Virus record (IMG/VR): IMGVR_UViG_3300005512_000001
Coordinates: 224,001-288,000 of that record
Length of the DNA stretch: 64,000 nucleotides
DNA from: a virus
Taxonomy: Duplodnaviria > Caudoviricetes
Reading direction: 5' to 3' (one strand)
The notes beneath the pieces were generated by a model. That model was not told where the DNA came from. It worked only from the letters and a program-made list of their open reading frames with translations, and did no database searches. Shown here one piece after another: positions 11,901 to 20,365 of the stretch; positions within the stretch are counted from its first letter, which is position 1, and each line of letters opens with the position of its first letter. A program made the translations under genes and the position numbers.

Positions 11901-12012
11901 AGACGGATTAAAACGCAAGGATAGCGAAAACGTACTTATTGAGTCTATTATAGACAAAGAGGTACGTGATAAAGTAGTGATGGAATTTCGGGATGTGTTG
12001 GTAGAGAGATAG
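8953..12012 (+). CDS. Portal protein (T4 gp20-like) with LAGLIDADG intein
   Basis: ALDLYADE, PYGR/SIME..RKAFKQLRLMEDAALIYRITRAPEKRIFKI, EDDFFLPVR, GAENLDQIADIEYF. Confidence 0.95.
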   Translation: MSWHLFDRIRSLVRTAGIYQQERLFQDQSSIDRIMAGGDLLDFSQQQALLDQTNLQINRLERYKDYDQMDETGEMSLALDLYADESSLVDPERKHTIIIKAQSKTVKEELENLFFNQLLIDNNVRPMVRYLCKYGDAPFEIVPTVDRDGVASIRFVNVYNFTRVETKHGDLVGFFYQDEVMEEPQFLHPWQTMHLRLTDYGNQYHPYGRCKDSNSPVWTPNGWKRLKDLKPGDDVFAWDGKKAVPTKVVKYVSNGIKKTIKVKTRHYSEVITPEHPVLVHKDGVQDYVLAKNLKVGDELVIPKLAFNDVATPIKRQYRRYKLNEKYRTIIESHSIGYKKCANLSGISRNITRGFLRRNTAVSKENADKIIKLYGLADDAKIGAGWGTSLDCSLPEFVDDEFARFFGFMIGDGWLSSTCVQFALGEDDKLNEYYINILARYSGESKINFRYDRNNKPIAVMANNTVLADTLFDMGLNAKAAHKQIPEWVFNSSKDIAINFVQGLLDSDGCAYLDREKYLRFHHVTASMNLITSLKILLHKIGVKCGHICTGHNHKFNSDELGALRHQLTYYQSELPFEGNALFERVISIEEGDEIEVGDIQVESEYHNFVADGIVIHNSIMEGGRKAFKQLRLMEDAALIYRITRAPEKRIFKIPIGNIAAKDVPEFMQSIARTFKQQRFYDPRTGKFNERFSPLIQEDDFFLPVRPDGTSPDITTLKGAENLDQIADIEYFKKKMIAPTKIPFKRVGVGEGSGEEQEKSLSSSDAQFAKAVQWVQREISIGLTKVAICHLAMAGYSIDDLKNFEISMSATSAIDELYRMETWQGRTAVMSDLKDLGWFPREWIVTRFTDLSPDEIDELSEIMSKQTELPTEEEGGGLGGLGGLGLPGGGEELPGLEGEGGLEGLEGAEAEGGAEAAAAEPPEADLAGLGEVGERLDKRNKNILIEIANQNKYELLREFISRVNKRVNSPSLSAYINLLNNNELDGLKRKDSENVLIESIIDKEVRDKVVMEFRDVLVER
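9580..10803 (+). mobile_element. Intein (408 aa) with HTH and LAGLIDADG domain, in the portal
   Basis: CKDSNSPVWT, ITPEHPV, FFGFMIGDG, VQGLLDSDG, ADGIVIHN/S. Confidence 0.92.
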
Positions 12013-12067
12013 ATAGTATTTTTATGCTGTCTGTTCAAATATATTTATAAGTTTGGGTAACTAGTTA

Positions 12068-14773
12068 TTGGAGCGTGTAATGGCTAATAGAAATCAGGAG
12101 TCTACTGCATCCGTCATTGATGAGAAAATGACAATGGATACCAGGAAGTTCTTGTCTGCCATCAATAATTCTGCGCAATCTCAAGTGGCATTTTTTGAAG
12201 ATGCTGTTAGACGATTGGGTGGGCGTTATGGCCGCGAGTGGGAACTTACCGCATTACAAAGCAATAGGATGATTATTGAAGACGTTGAATCACACGACTT
12301 CATGGTCGCCGAACATGCACGTGAAAAAGGCGGTAGGGTCAAGATTACTAATGTCAAAATGATTGAGCTGCATGAAGATAAAAAGCCAGAACTATTTGAG
12401 CAATCTTGCCTTGCTCTAGTTGAGGCGATTGAGACAGGTGATGCGAAAGCTGTCGATGCGGCTTTCAATAAAATTGCAGCCAGTCGATTTAGGTCTACCG
12501 CAGTGCCTACTAGCGGCATTGTGAAGACAAAAGATGGAATTATTCGCCATATTGCGGTCAGCGAAGACAGCAATGGACGCACGCTAGCGGATAGAATTAT
12601 TGAATGTCTATCTGATAAAGTTACTCTGAATGAGTCTGGCCAAATAGAGGCTTCATTTATTGATGATGATTTCCGCGACTTGAAATTAGGTGTGACGGAG
12701 CTTACGACCCGCAAGCTAGTCGCTCGTCACATGCAAGAAGCGGCCAAGGGTGCATATCAAAGTAGTAATTTCCAAACGCTTGTAGAGACCATCGCTGGAT
12801 TAATCTGCAAAGACAATCTTGAGCAGGCTGTAGAATATGCTGGCAAATTCTTGCGCGAACACCAGGAATTTTGTCTGCTAGATGCCCATAATTGGAATAC
12901 ATTGGTTGCGAATACCTTAGCAACCAAGGCGTGTTTTAATGAAGACCTGATTGGCGATGTTGCTACGTTGATGCGCAAGACTAATTTAAAGGCAAACCGC
13001 ATTGACCTGATTGAAGCTTGGCGTAAGACAGCCGAACGTGCAAATCATCCAGTAATGCTAGAAAATGTTGACACGTTATCTGAAGCTAAGGACTTTGAAG
13101 AGGCATACGACCAATTCTTAGGTGTGATACTAGAAGCTACTGGTGAAGTCACTAAGGGTGCACTGATAAGTGGTTTGGAAATGCTGAAGCAGAAGGTCGA
13201 AAGTGGCGATGTTGATGACCCAACTAAGGAAGAGTTGGATGCCATGATTCAGGACCTGAGGCAGACTGGAGATTCTCAAGCTGTATGGAAAGCTATGGAG
13301 ACTCTAGACTCAGTGAGACGCCATATCGATAAGATGCAAGGGATGGATGACTTCGATGAAATGCCTGGCCCACTAGAGGATGAGCCAGCTGGCGACCTTG
13401 ATGCTGATGCAGGGCTTGGCGAGGCTGGTAGTCTTGATGCGGCAACAGTTAGTGGTGGTGGAGATAAACCGCTTAAAGTTAGCATAGAGATGGATCCAGT
13501 CGCAATGGCACAAGGTGCACAGGCATCAGCCCCAGCCCCGGCCTTGGAGCCGTCTGCTGAAGAAGAGGGCAGCAAGTTTGATTTATCATCGCTTGATGAT
13601 ATAGACTTGGAAGGCGAAGACATTGGTGATGAGGAAGAGGAAGAGAAGCTAAATTTAGCCGCCTCGAAAGAGAAAGACGATGAGCCAATTTCTGAATCTG
13701 CGGAATCCGATGATGCGGTAGCTGATTTTTTGAAGAGTGAAGGCATTGATGGTGGCGTAATTGATATTACACAAGATAGTGTAGATGAAAGTGTAGAAGT
13801 AGAGGAAGTTGAGACTGAAGAAGTAGAAGAAGTTGTAGAAGAATCAGACGACCCATATAGCCTTCCGGCGGACATTGAATTAGAAGATGTCCAAATCGAT
13901 AAGAGCTACCAGACATTTATGGAAGAGATTTCTGATTCCGACGCTGTAGCATTTGGCGATTCTCTAGAAAATCCAGAAGAAGAAGACCCGGATGCATTGC
14001 AGGCACATGCTGAAGCATGGGTTCGCGATAAGATGAAAGCCAAAATTGGTGGTGTTCAAGACCCAAAACAACAGCAGCAAGATGTCACTGATTTGGCTGG
14101 CCAATTACTTGCTAAGAGGCTAGAGGCTAGGAAACAGGGCATGGGTGAGGGTAAGGATTCTGATGATGGGATAAGTGAGAATCAATATAAGAGTCCATTG
14201 GTGCAATTATCAAAGCGCGGGCTGAAGAAGGCTGCTGTAAGTAAGCTAGTTAAAGAAGGCAAATTCCAGTGGCTTGATAAAATGGATAATGCAGTTTTAG
14301 GGCAGTTTAAAGATGTTAAATTCGTCCTGGACCACACTGAAAAGCCTACCGCTGTTTTAAGTGAGAATGGCGAAGTCCAGGTGCCAGTACCAGATGAGTT
14401 AGTCGCTGGCGCGTTGTTCCTGTCGGCTATGTCCGACCAGGAAGCTGAAGCAGATGCTTTTGTGGAATGGTTGGATCAACATATTGAATCCTTAAGAATT
14501 ACAGAGGACTCGATTGATGAGACAGCAAAAATTATGGAAGAGCAGGCTGATGGGCCAGATGCTATGGAGCGGGTTGAAGAACTCACTGCTGAGCCAGACG
14601 GCGAAGAGGTAGTTGAGGAGTCTGAAGCCAGTGAAGAAGCAGAAGGGTCTGAGGCAGTGTCAGAAAGTTTACCTCCAGCGTTAGAAAAGCACAAATTCAA
14701 AGCTAAGGGCGAAGCTGAAGAGAACGACGAAGATGATAGTGAAGACGAAGCTGAAGAGAACGACGAAGAATAA
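12068..14773 (+). CDS. Large acidic prohead core/inner head protein
   Basis: 901 aa between portal and protease; acidic C-terminal half with repeated (I/L/V)xE. Probable start ATG 12080. Confidence 0.6.
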   Translation: MERVMANRNQESTASVIDEKMTMDTRKFLSAINNSAQSQVAFFEDAVRRLGGRYGREWELTALQSNRMIIEDVESHDFMVAEHAREKGGRVKITNVKMIELHEDKKPELFEQSCLALVEAIETGDAKAVDAAFNKIAASRFRSTAVPTSGIVKTKDGIIRHIAVSEDSNGRTLADRIIECLSDKVTLNESGQIEASFIDDDFRDLKLGVTELTTRKLVARHMQEAAKGAYQSSNFQTLVETIAGLICKDNLEQAVEYAGKFLREHQEFCLLDAHNWNTLVANTLATKACFNEDLIGDVATLMRKTNLKANRIDLIEAWRKTAERANHPVMLENVDTLSEAKDFEEAYDQFLGVILEATGEVTKGALISGLEMLKQKVESGDVDDPTKEELDAMIQDLRQTGDSQAVWKAMETLDSVRRHIDKMQGMDDFDEMPGPLEDEPAGDLDADAGLGEAGSLDAATVSGGGDKPLKVSIEMDPVAMAQGAQASAPAPALEPSAEEEGSKFDLSSLDDIDLEGEDIGDEEEEEKLNLAASKEKDDEPISESAESDDAVADFLKSEGIDGGVIDITQDSVDESVEVEEVETEEVEEVVEESDDPYSLPADIELEDVQIDKSYQTFMEEISDSDAVAFGDSLENPEEEDPDALQAHAEAWVRDKMKAKIGGVQDPKQQQQDVTDLAGQLLAKRLEARKQGMGEGKDSDDGISENQYKSPLVQLSKRGLKKAAVSKLVKEGKFQWLDKMDNAVLGQFKDVKFVLDHTEKPTAVLSENGEVQVPVPDELVAGALFLSAMSDQEAEADAFVEWLDQHIESLRITEDSIDETAKIMEEQADGPDAMERVEELTAEPDGEEVVEESEASEEAEGSEAVSESLPPALEKHKFKAKGEAEENDEDDSEDEAEENDEE

Positions 14774-14789
14774 ATAGCAAATCTCAAAT

Positions 14790-14823
14790 GAAACGGCGTA
14801 AGATTTTGGTCTTACGCCGTTTC
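14790..14823 (+). terminator. Hairpin/terminator
   Basis: GAAACGGCGTAAGA-ttttgg-TCTTACGCCGTTTC. Confidence 0.7.
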
Positions 14824-14859
14824 TATATGCCAGCAAATATAAATTAACAGGAGTAAAAT

Positions 14860-15555
14860 ATGATTACTAGGCAGTATAGTACATTTAATAGAGGGTTGGT
14901 TGCACAAACTGGGGCTATTCCTACTGGTGCACAATTCTTACAAGAGACTTACCCGCTTGAGATAAAAGACATCAAACAGGTCGTCTCAGAAGCTAGTGGC
15001 GATGGCAAGCCAGCTTTGAGGATTACTGGAGTCTTCCAGAAGTCAGATGACTTGAATCAAAACGGCCGACAGTATCCGCATGATATCTTGTCTGAAGCTG
15101 TGGGGGCGATTCAGGATGATATTGGGCGTCGAGTTGTTATGGGTGAGTTTGACCACCCGCCGGATGCTAAGATTCACTTAGAACGAGTCAGCCATCTAAT
15201 CACTAAGGTATGGATGGAAGGGAAATATGTTTATGGTGAGGCGGAAGTAGTAGAAGGCACCACACATGGCCGCAATTTATCTGCCTTATTGAGAGCTGGT
15301 GTAAAAATTGGTATTTCGTCACGCGGTGTTGGTGACATGGAATGTGTAAATGAGGGAATGGACGATGAACGGTATATTGTCCAGCCTGGCTATAGATTCG
15401 TGACATGGGATGTGGTTGGTGAGCCTTCTGTGCAAGAGGCAACTATGTCCGTAATGGAAAGCAAGAATAGAGGCATCATTACAAGAGCTAAGTTACGTCA
15501 GAGTGACCCAGAACTTGCTTTGCTAGACGAATTGCGGCGTACATTAGAACTTTGA
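14860..15555 (+). CDS. Prohead maturation protease (T4 gp21-like)
   Basis: NQNGRQYP, GEFDHP, VSHLIT, GISSRGVG, WDVVGEPS. Confidence 0.95.
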   Translation: MITRQYSTFNRGLVAQTGAIPTGAQFLQETYPLEIKDIKQVVSEASGDGKPALRITGVFQKSDDLNQNGRQYPHDILSEAVGAIQDDIGRRVVMGEFDHPPDAKIHLERVSHLITKVWMEGKYVYGEAEVVEGTTHGRNLSALLRAGVKIGISSRGVGDMECVNEGMDDERYIVQPGYRFVTWDVVGEPSVQEATMSVMESKNRGIITRAKLRQSDPELALLDELRRTLEL

Positions 15556-15588
15556 AAAATAATGCCCCATTAATGGGGCATTATTTTT
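15555..15588 (+). terminator. Intrinsic terminator (perfect palindrome)
   Basis: AAAAATAATGCCCCATT/AATGGGGCATTATTTTT. Confidence 0.8.
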
Positions 15589-15607
15589 ATGTATTAATTA
15601 ACCAGCA

Positions 15608-17101
15608 ATGTACGGAGATATTATGAAGCATAATATAAACGCCGAAGAAGTAATAGCTCGATATAAATCTGGGATGTCAATCTATCAAGTAGCTAAAAAA
15701 CTTGGTATAGGCAAGAGCACTGCTCATAGAATCCTGAAAGAGAATAACATACCAACAAATAAAAAACAAAAGAAGAAGCGTCAGAATGCACAGCAAATAT
15801 GTGATTATTATGTTGCTGGAAACTCTGCAATTAAGACTGCTGTTGAATTTGGTGTAAGCCCTAGTGAGATTTATAGAATTTTGAAATGCAATGATATAAA
15901 ATCACGCTCTTTAGCCGAAGCCGAGAAAGTATCACAACCTTCTAGATATATTTCTAAATCAAGGTCGCAGTCAGTTGATGAAGAATGGTTGCGCATACGA
16001 TTCGTAGACCAAAAAATGACATGTGGTGAAATCTCCGACAAATATGGTATTAATATTTCGACGTTGAATTACTATAAACGAAAATTTGGCATAAAACGCC
16101 CACCCGAGCAGAAAGCCATAATCCAATCTAGAATAAGTAAGAGATTATGGAAAGATGATAATTATAAAAACCAAATGTCACTTGCTATAGCCTCTACACA
16201 AAAGGTCTCAGTAATTCAAGAAGCTCTGTATTCTATGCTTGATGATTTACAAGTTGCTTATTATAGGGAATATAATGATAAAGAAGATGATGTGCAATGC
16301 CGGATAGGCCCATATAGCTTCGACTGTGTGGTTCCTAGAGATAACAGACCAACTTTATTAATAGAAGTGCAAGGCGAGTATTGGCATTCATTAAAAAGGA
16401 CTATAGAAAAAGATGTTCAGAAGGCTTCGTATATCTCGAATAATTTCCAAGGCCAATATGAGTTGAAATATATTTGGGAACATGAATTTTCTAATAAGAA
16501 CCATGTTTTAACATCGATAAAGCATTGGTTGGGTTTAGAACAGCCTATATTGATAGATTTTGACTTTGCAGATTTGCAGATTAGGAAATCACCAAGGTCC
16601 GATTATAAATTGTTGTTGTCTAAATACCACTATCTTGCGAATGCCGGGCGTGGTGGCATATCATATGGCGCTTATTTGGGCGATAAACTAATCGCTGTAT
16701 GTATTTTCTCACCTCCGATAAGGCAGAACGTTGACGATTCGCAAAATACACGTGAGTTATCGAGGTTTTGTATTAACCCAAGTTATCAGAAGAAGAATTT
16801 TGCATCATGGTTTATCAGTAGATGTATTAAAAAACTACCGAAGCAATATTCCAAAGTTACTGCTTATAGTGATACGACATTTGAACACTATGGGACTATA
16901 TATTTAGCTGCTAACTTCAAGCAGGTCAGTACAATTAAGCCTGATTATTGGTATAGCTCGCCAAAGGAATGGATAATGCATAAGAGAACATTATATGGTA
17001 GGGCTAAAGCGATGGCTATGACGGAAAAAGAATATGCTACTAAACATTCTTATAAGAAAGTCTACGGTAAGGAAAAATTAAAATTTTTATATGAGCGGTA
17101 A
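15608..17101 (+). CDS. Triple HTH + Vsr/DUF559-like endonuclease + Mom-like GNAT fusion, copy 2
   Basis: HTH repeats (MSIYQVAKKLGIGKSTAHRILK), YSFDCVV..IEVQGEYWH, KYHYL, ELSRFC, AYSD..HYGTIYLAANF; C-terminal half closely similar to 1..1593. Probable start 15623. Confidence 0.75.
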   Translation: MYGDIMKHNINAEEVIARYKSGMSIYQVAKKLGIGKSTAHRILKENNIPTNKKQKKKRQNAQQICDYYVAGNSAIKTAVEFGVSPSEIYRILKCNDIKSRSLAEAEKVSQPSRYISKSRSQSVDEEWLRIRFVDQKMTCGEISDKYGINISTLNYYKRKFGIKRPPEQKAIIQSRISKRLWKDDNYKNQMSLAIASTQKVSVIQEALYSMLDDLQVAYYREYNDKEDDVQCRIGPYSFDCVVPRDNRPTLLIEVQGEYWHSLKRTIEKDVQKASYISNNFQGQYELKYIWEHEFSNKNHVLTSIKHWLGLEQPILIDFDFADLQIRKSPRSDYKLLLSKYHYLANAGRGGISYGAYLGDKLIAVCIFSPPIRQNVDDSQNTRELSRFCINPSYQKKNFASWFISRCIKKLPKQYSKVTAYSDTTFEHYGTIYLAANFKQVSTIKPDYWYSSPKEWIMHKRTLYGRAKAMAMTEKEYATKHSYKKVYGKEKLKFLYER

Positions 17102-17476
17102 TTATAGGTCTGTTATAGATTTAATAATTTCGCGGGCTATAGCTTTGCCAGTAATAGTCCCAGCATAATCGGGAGATTGCCAGAATCGTAAACTACGGTT
17201 CCTGGCAATCTCCTTTTTTGTAGGTGTCCACCCCTTCTTACCAGCACAGGATTTGCAGATATATTTGTCATTTCCTCGTTTGTGTTGTCGGTATACTGCT
17301 TCAGCCGACACAACTACTTCTTTTTGGCATTTTGAGCATCTGATGCAGACTTCGTTCCTTAGCAAAACTGGGTCTTCGCTGACGATATTATTAGCACCCA
17401 TAGATTTTAATATATTTAATATTTTGTTCATATAGCTCCTATCAAATATAACTTGGATATGATGGACGAGATTCAT
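17102..17476 (-). CDS. Small Zn-ribbon protein resembling accessory domains of the nuclease fusions
   Basis: CSKC...YICKSCAGKKGW; compare CLLC...YMCHSCSIKESW in 54692..56200. Confidence 0.6.
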   Translation of the reverse strand: MNLVHHIQVIFDRSYMNKILNILKSMGANNIVSEDPVLLRNEVCIRCSKCQKEVVVSAEAVYRQHKRGNDKYICKSCAGKKGWTPTKKEIARNRSLRFWQSPDYAGTITGKAIAREIIKSITDL

Positions 17477-17501
17477 CTATTAAATACAATAGGAGAAAAT
17501 A

Positions 17502-17819
17502 ATGGCCAAACAAAAGAAAACATTGGAAGGTTTCGGCTCACCTAGCACTAGCGGTCAAAACAACCTCGCTGGCACGCTGAAGAATCTTGGCAAAATGCTA
17601 AGCACGAAGGGTGTTCGTCCGGTTGGTGGCAATGTTACTGGTGTAACTAGTGGTGGAAAGGCTGCAAGTGGTGATGTTAAACTAAAGCCACTTGGTGGTA
17701 AAGGCATTGCTGGCGGCGGCCAAGGGCCAAAGGAAATGCCGAAGGCGAATGTTGGTTTGAAGACGACTAATCTTGGTGGCAAGAATCTTGGTGGCAAGAA
17801 TGTAAGAGAACAGCCATAA
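17502..17819 (+). CDS. Gly/Lys-rich small head-module protein
   Basis: AGGAG SD, TCAAATATA at 17442, lies in the head operon. Confidence 0.65.
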   Translation: MAKQKKTLEGFGSPSTSGQNNLAGTLKNLGKMLSTKGVRPVGGNVTGVTSGGKAASGDVKLKPLGGKGIAGGGQGPKEMPKANVGLKTTNLGGKNLGGKNVREQP

Positions 17820-17880
17820 TGGTTGTAATAGGTAATTTAATAATTCAAATTCCACGCAAAAATAGATTTGGAGATTCAAG

Positions 17881-18621
17881 ATGGATAAGATTAGGGCATT
17901 GCTTGAACAAATAGGCGGTTCTAAAGAGCTGGTCACTCAGATTATCGAGTCTCTGAGTGCCTACAAGACTAAGGTTGAAGAGGATATCAAAAACCAATAT
18001 AGCCAACGTCTTAATACAGCTAAAGAAGCTTGCTTAGAAGAAGTAGAAACTTACAAACGAGATTTAGCTCAAAAAACGCAGATTTTCTTCGAATCCAGAG
18101 TGGAGAAAATCGAGCAGCAAATTGCGAAGCAAGTGGCAATTAAGGATTCTGCCGCTGAAACCAAACTTCACGCTATAGCATCCTTATTGGAAGGCGTAGA
18201 AGTAAATGGCGAAGGCAACAATGCAGACCTCCAAGCCGCACAAAAGCAGGTTAAAGAGCTGCGTGAGCAAATCCGCAAGGTCGAGTCTCAGAACAAGATA
18301 CTCGCGGAAAAGGCGAATCGTTCGCATTCTATCGCCGAAAAGACTCTGGATAGGAATAAGGTTCTTTCCAAGGAACTAGCTGAAGCTGCCAAGCGTAGTG
18401 AGACTCCAATTGCAGAATCTAAGGCCAAAAAGACCGAAGATAAAGGCAAGAAGAAGTCCAAAAAGACTATCGCTGAAGGACGCAAGGCGCAGAAGCCAGT
18501 GACTTCCAGGAAGACAAGCGAAGGCCAACTTGCTAAGCCGCAGAAGAAGGTCGATGATTCGCCAGCCCCAGCTGCTTTAGGTGGATTCACACCTCATGGC
18601 ATCGCGGCCCAGATGGACTAA
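17881..18621 (+). CDS. Prohead scaffolding protein (gp22-like)
   Basis: Coiled-coil 246 aa directly upstream of the capsid gene. Confidence 0.75.
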   Translation: MDKIRALLEQIGGSKELVTQIIESLSAYKTKVEEDIKNQYSQRLNTAKEACLEEVETYKRDLAQKTQIFFESRVEKIEQQIAKQVAIKDSAAETKLHAIASLLEGVEVNGEGNNADLQAAQKQVKELREQIRKVESQNKILAEKANRSHSIAEKTLDRNKVLSKELAEAAKRSETPIAESKAKKTEDKGKKKSKKTIAEGRKAQKPVTSRKTSEGQLAKPQKKVDDSPAPAALGGFTPHGIAAQMD

Positions 18622-18649
18622 TAATTTAAAATTAACTAGGAGTTGAATC

Positions 18650-20197
18650 ATGCCAGAGCATGTAAACACAATCACTGAGCAAAATGATGCTCACCAGAAG
18701 GCTGTAATTACGGAAGCACGTAAGAATTCGGATGTCAAGAGATGGTCAGCCGTTCTTCAGAAGTGCAAAGAGATTCCGCAGAAGAAACTCGGCCTAATGG
18801 CGTCTTTGCTGGAAAACCAGCATAAGGCTTGGGACCCGAAGAACAGGACTGTCCTGTTTGAGGATATTACTACTACCGGCAATGTCGCCGATTTTACGCG
18901 GTTTGCTCTGCCACTCATTCGCAAGAGTTACGCCCGCCTGATTTCCGATAATCTGGTTGGTGTGCAGCCGATGAGCCAACCAGCATCCCTGATTTTCTAT
19001 ATCAGGTACCGTTATGCCCTGTCCAAGGGCCAGACTGTTGCTGGCACGCAAATCATGCGTCAGAACACCAGCCAAGCTTTCGCCAAGCAAAACGGCTGGG
19101 CGCTTGACCCATATTACAGCTCGCAGCAGGTTCGCGACGAAGACCTGACTACGGCTGCAGCTAGTGATGGTGGCACCATTTCCGGTACCCTGCAACACCG
19201 CCCAATTCTTGCGGGTACAGTTGTAGTCAATATTTTCGAGGCTGACCAGCTGACCGAGAACTGCGATAATCTAGTTCCGTTCCTGCAGGTTACCTTCGAT
19301 GCTGACGGTGCAGTTGATGTCGTTATTACGCGTGACGACACTGATGTGACTTCCGGCCTGACTGTTGATACCACCAACAGTACGTTCGATTCGAGCGATG
19401 GTTCGGTCACCGTTATCTTGACTGGTGGTGCCATCCCAACAGGTGCATTCGCAAGAGCCAACTACGAATACGACCTGGAAGCCAACCCATTCCAGCCTGA
19501 GTTGACCCTCAGCATCGATAGCGACAGCGTTGCTGCTGTTACTCGTAAGCTGAAGACTGCTTGGTCGCTGGAAGCCGCTCAGGACCTCAAGGCCGTTCAC
19601 AATATCGACGCCGAGAGCACCCTGACCGACCTTATGGCTGACGAGATGGTCGCGGAAATTGACCGTGAAATTATCAATGACCTAATTATTGCAGCCGCAA
19701 TTAGGGCACAGCATAATTTCGCTACAGCCGCCGGAGCATCTGTCAACTTTACTGACCGCAACATTGCGTTGCTGTACAAGGTCCTTGAAGTTGCCAATAT
19801 CATCCACCGTACCACACTGCGTGGCCCGGCGAACTGGATGGTAACCTCCGCCGATATCAGCTCGAAGTTCGAGCAGCTAAATGACTTCAGAGGCAGTGAT
19901 GCCTTTGTCGACGAAGGTCTAGACATTGGCATTATGAACGCCGGTACGATACAGGGCAAGATGCACCTGTACAAAGACCCACTGTTCCCGAACTGCAAAA
20001 TCCTGCTGGGATACAAGGGTGGTAGCGTTCTGGATGCCGGTTACTTCTACGCTCCGTACATACCATTGCTGAGTACTCCTACTGTACTTGATCCTAATTC
20101 CTTTACCCCGAATAAGGGAATCATGACGAGATACGGTAAAAAGTTGATTGAGGATGGCGGCCTCTATTATGGTGTCGTAACAGTTTCTAACCTGTAG
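18650..20197 (+). CDS. Major capsid protein (T4 gp23-like)
   Basis: LLENQ, LVGVQPMSQP..LIFY, RKLKTAWSLEAAQDLKAVH, EIDREII, AGYFYAPYIPL, FTPNKGIMTRYG. Confidence 0.97.
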   Translation: MPEHVNTITEQNDAHQKAVITEARKNSDVKRWSAVLQKCKEIPQKKLGLMASLLENQHKAWDPKNRTVLFEDITTTGNVADFTRFALPLIRKSYARLISDNLVGVQPMSQPASLIFYIRYRYALSKGQTVAGTQIMRQNTSQAFAKQNGWALDPYYSSQQVRDEDLTTAAASDGGTISGTLQHRPILAGTVVVNIFEADQLTENCDNLVPFLQVTFDADGAVDVVITRDDTDVTSGLTVDTTNSTFDSSDGSVTVILTGGAIPTGAFARANYEYDLEANPFQPELTLSIDSDSVAAVTRKLKTAWSLEAAQDLKAVHNIDAESTLTDLMADEMVAEIDREIINDLIIAAAIRAQHNFATAAGASVNFTDRNIALLYKVLEVANIIHRTTLRGPANWMVTSADISSKFEQLNDFRGSDAFVDEGLDIGIMNAGTIQGKMHLYKDPLFPNCKILLGYKGGSVLDAGYFYAPYIPLLSTPTVLDPNSFTPNKGIMTRYGKKLIEDGGLYYGVVTVSNL

Positions 20198-20211
20198 AAG
20201 TCATAGTACGT

Positions 20212-20249
20212 AAAAAAGACCCCGGCTATTTTGATCGGGGTCTTTTTTT
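20212..20249 (+). terminator. Intrinsic terminator after the capsid gene
   Basis: AAAAAAGACCCCG..CGGGGTCTTTTTTT. Confidence 0.85.
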
Positions 20250-20332
20250 ATTTTTGATTGAATACTTCTACGGAAATTTCAATAGGCTACAATAGTTCTA
20301 TTCTTCGTAGAAGTATTCAATCAAAAATAAAA
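20246..20332. repeat. 27-bp perfect inverted repeat with 33-nt spacer
   Basis: TTTTATTTTTGATTGAATACTTCTACG (20246-72) / CGTAGAAGTATTCAATCAAAAATAAAA (20306-32). Confidence 0.9.
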
Positions 20333-20365
20333 TATTGTAAACGAATACTTCTACAGGATACTTCT

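Noticed and set aside
5283-19600. Long antisense ORFs over acidic and head genes (e.g. 5283-5882, 13276-13875, 18794-19198)
   Set aside because: Shadows of biased codon usage on the coding strand
20258-20365. TTG-initiated N-terminal extension of the LAGLIDADG gene
   Set aside because: It runs through the inverted repeat; ATG 20366 has an SD
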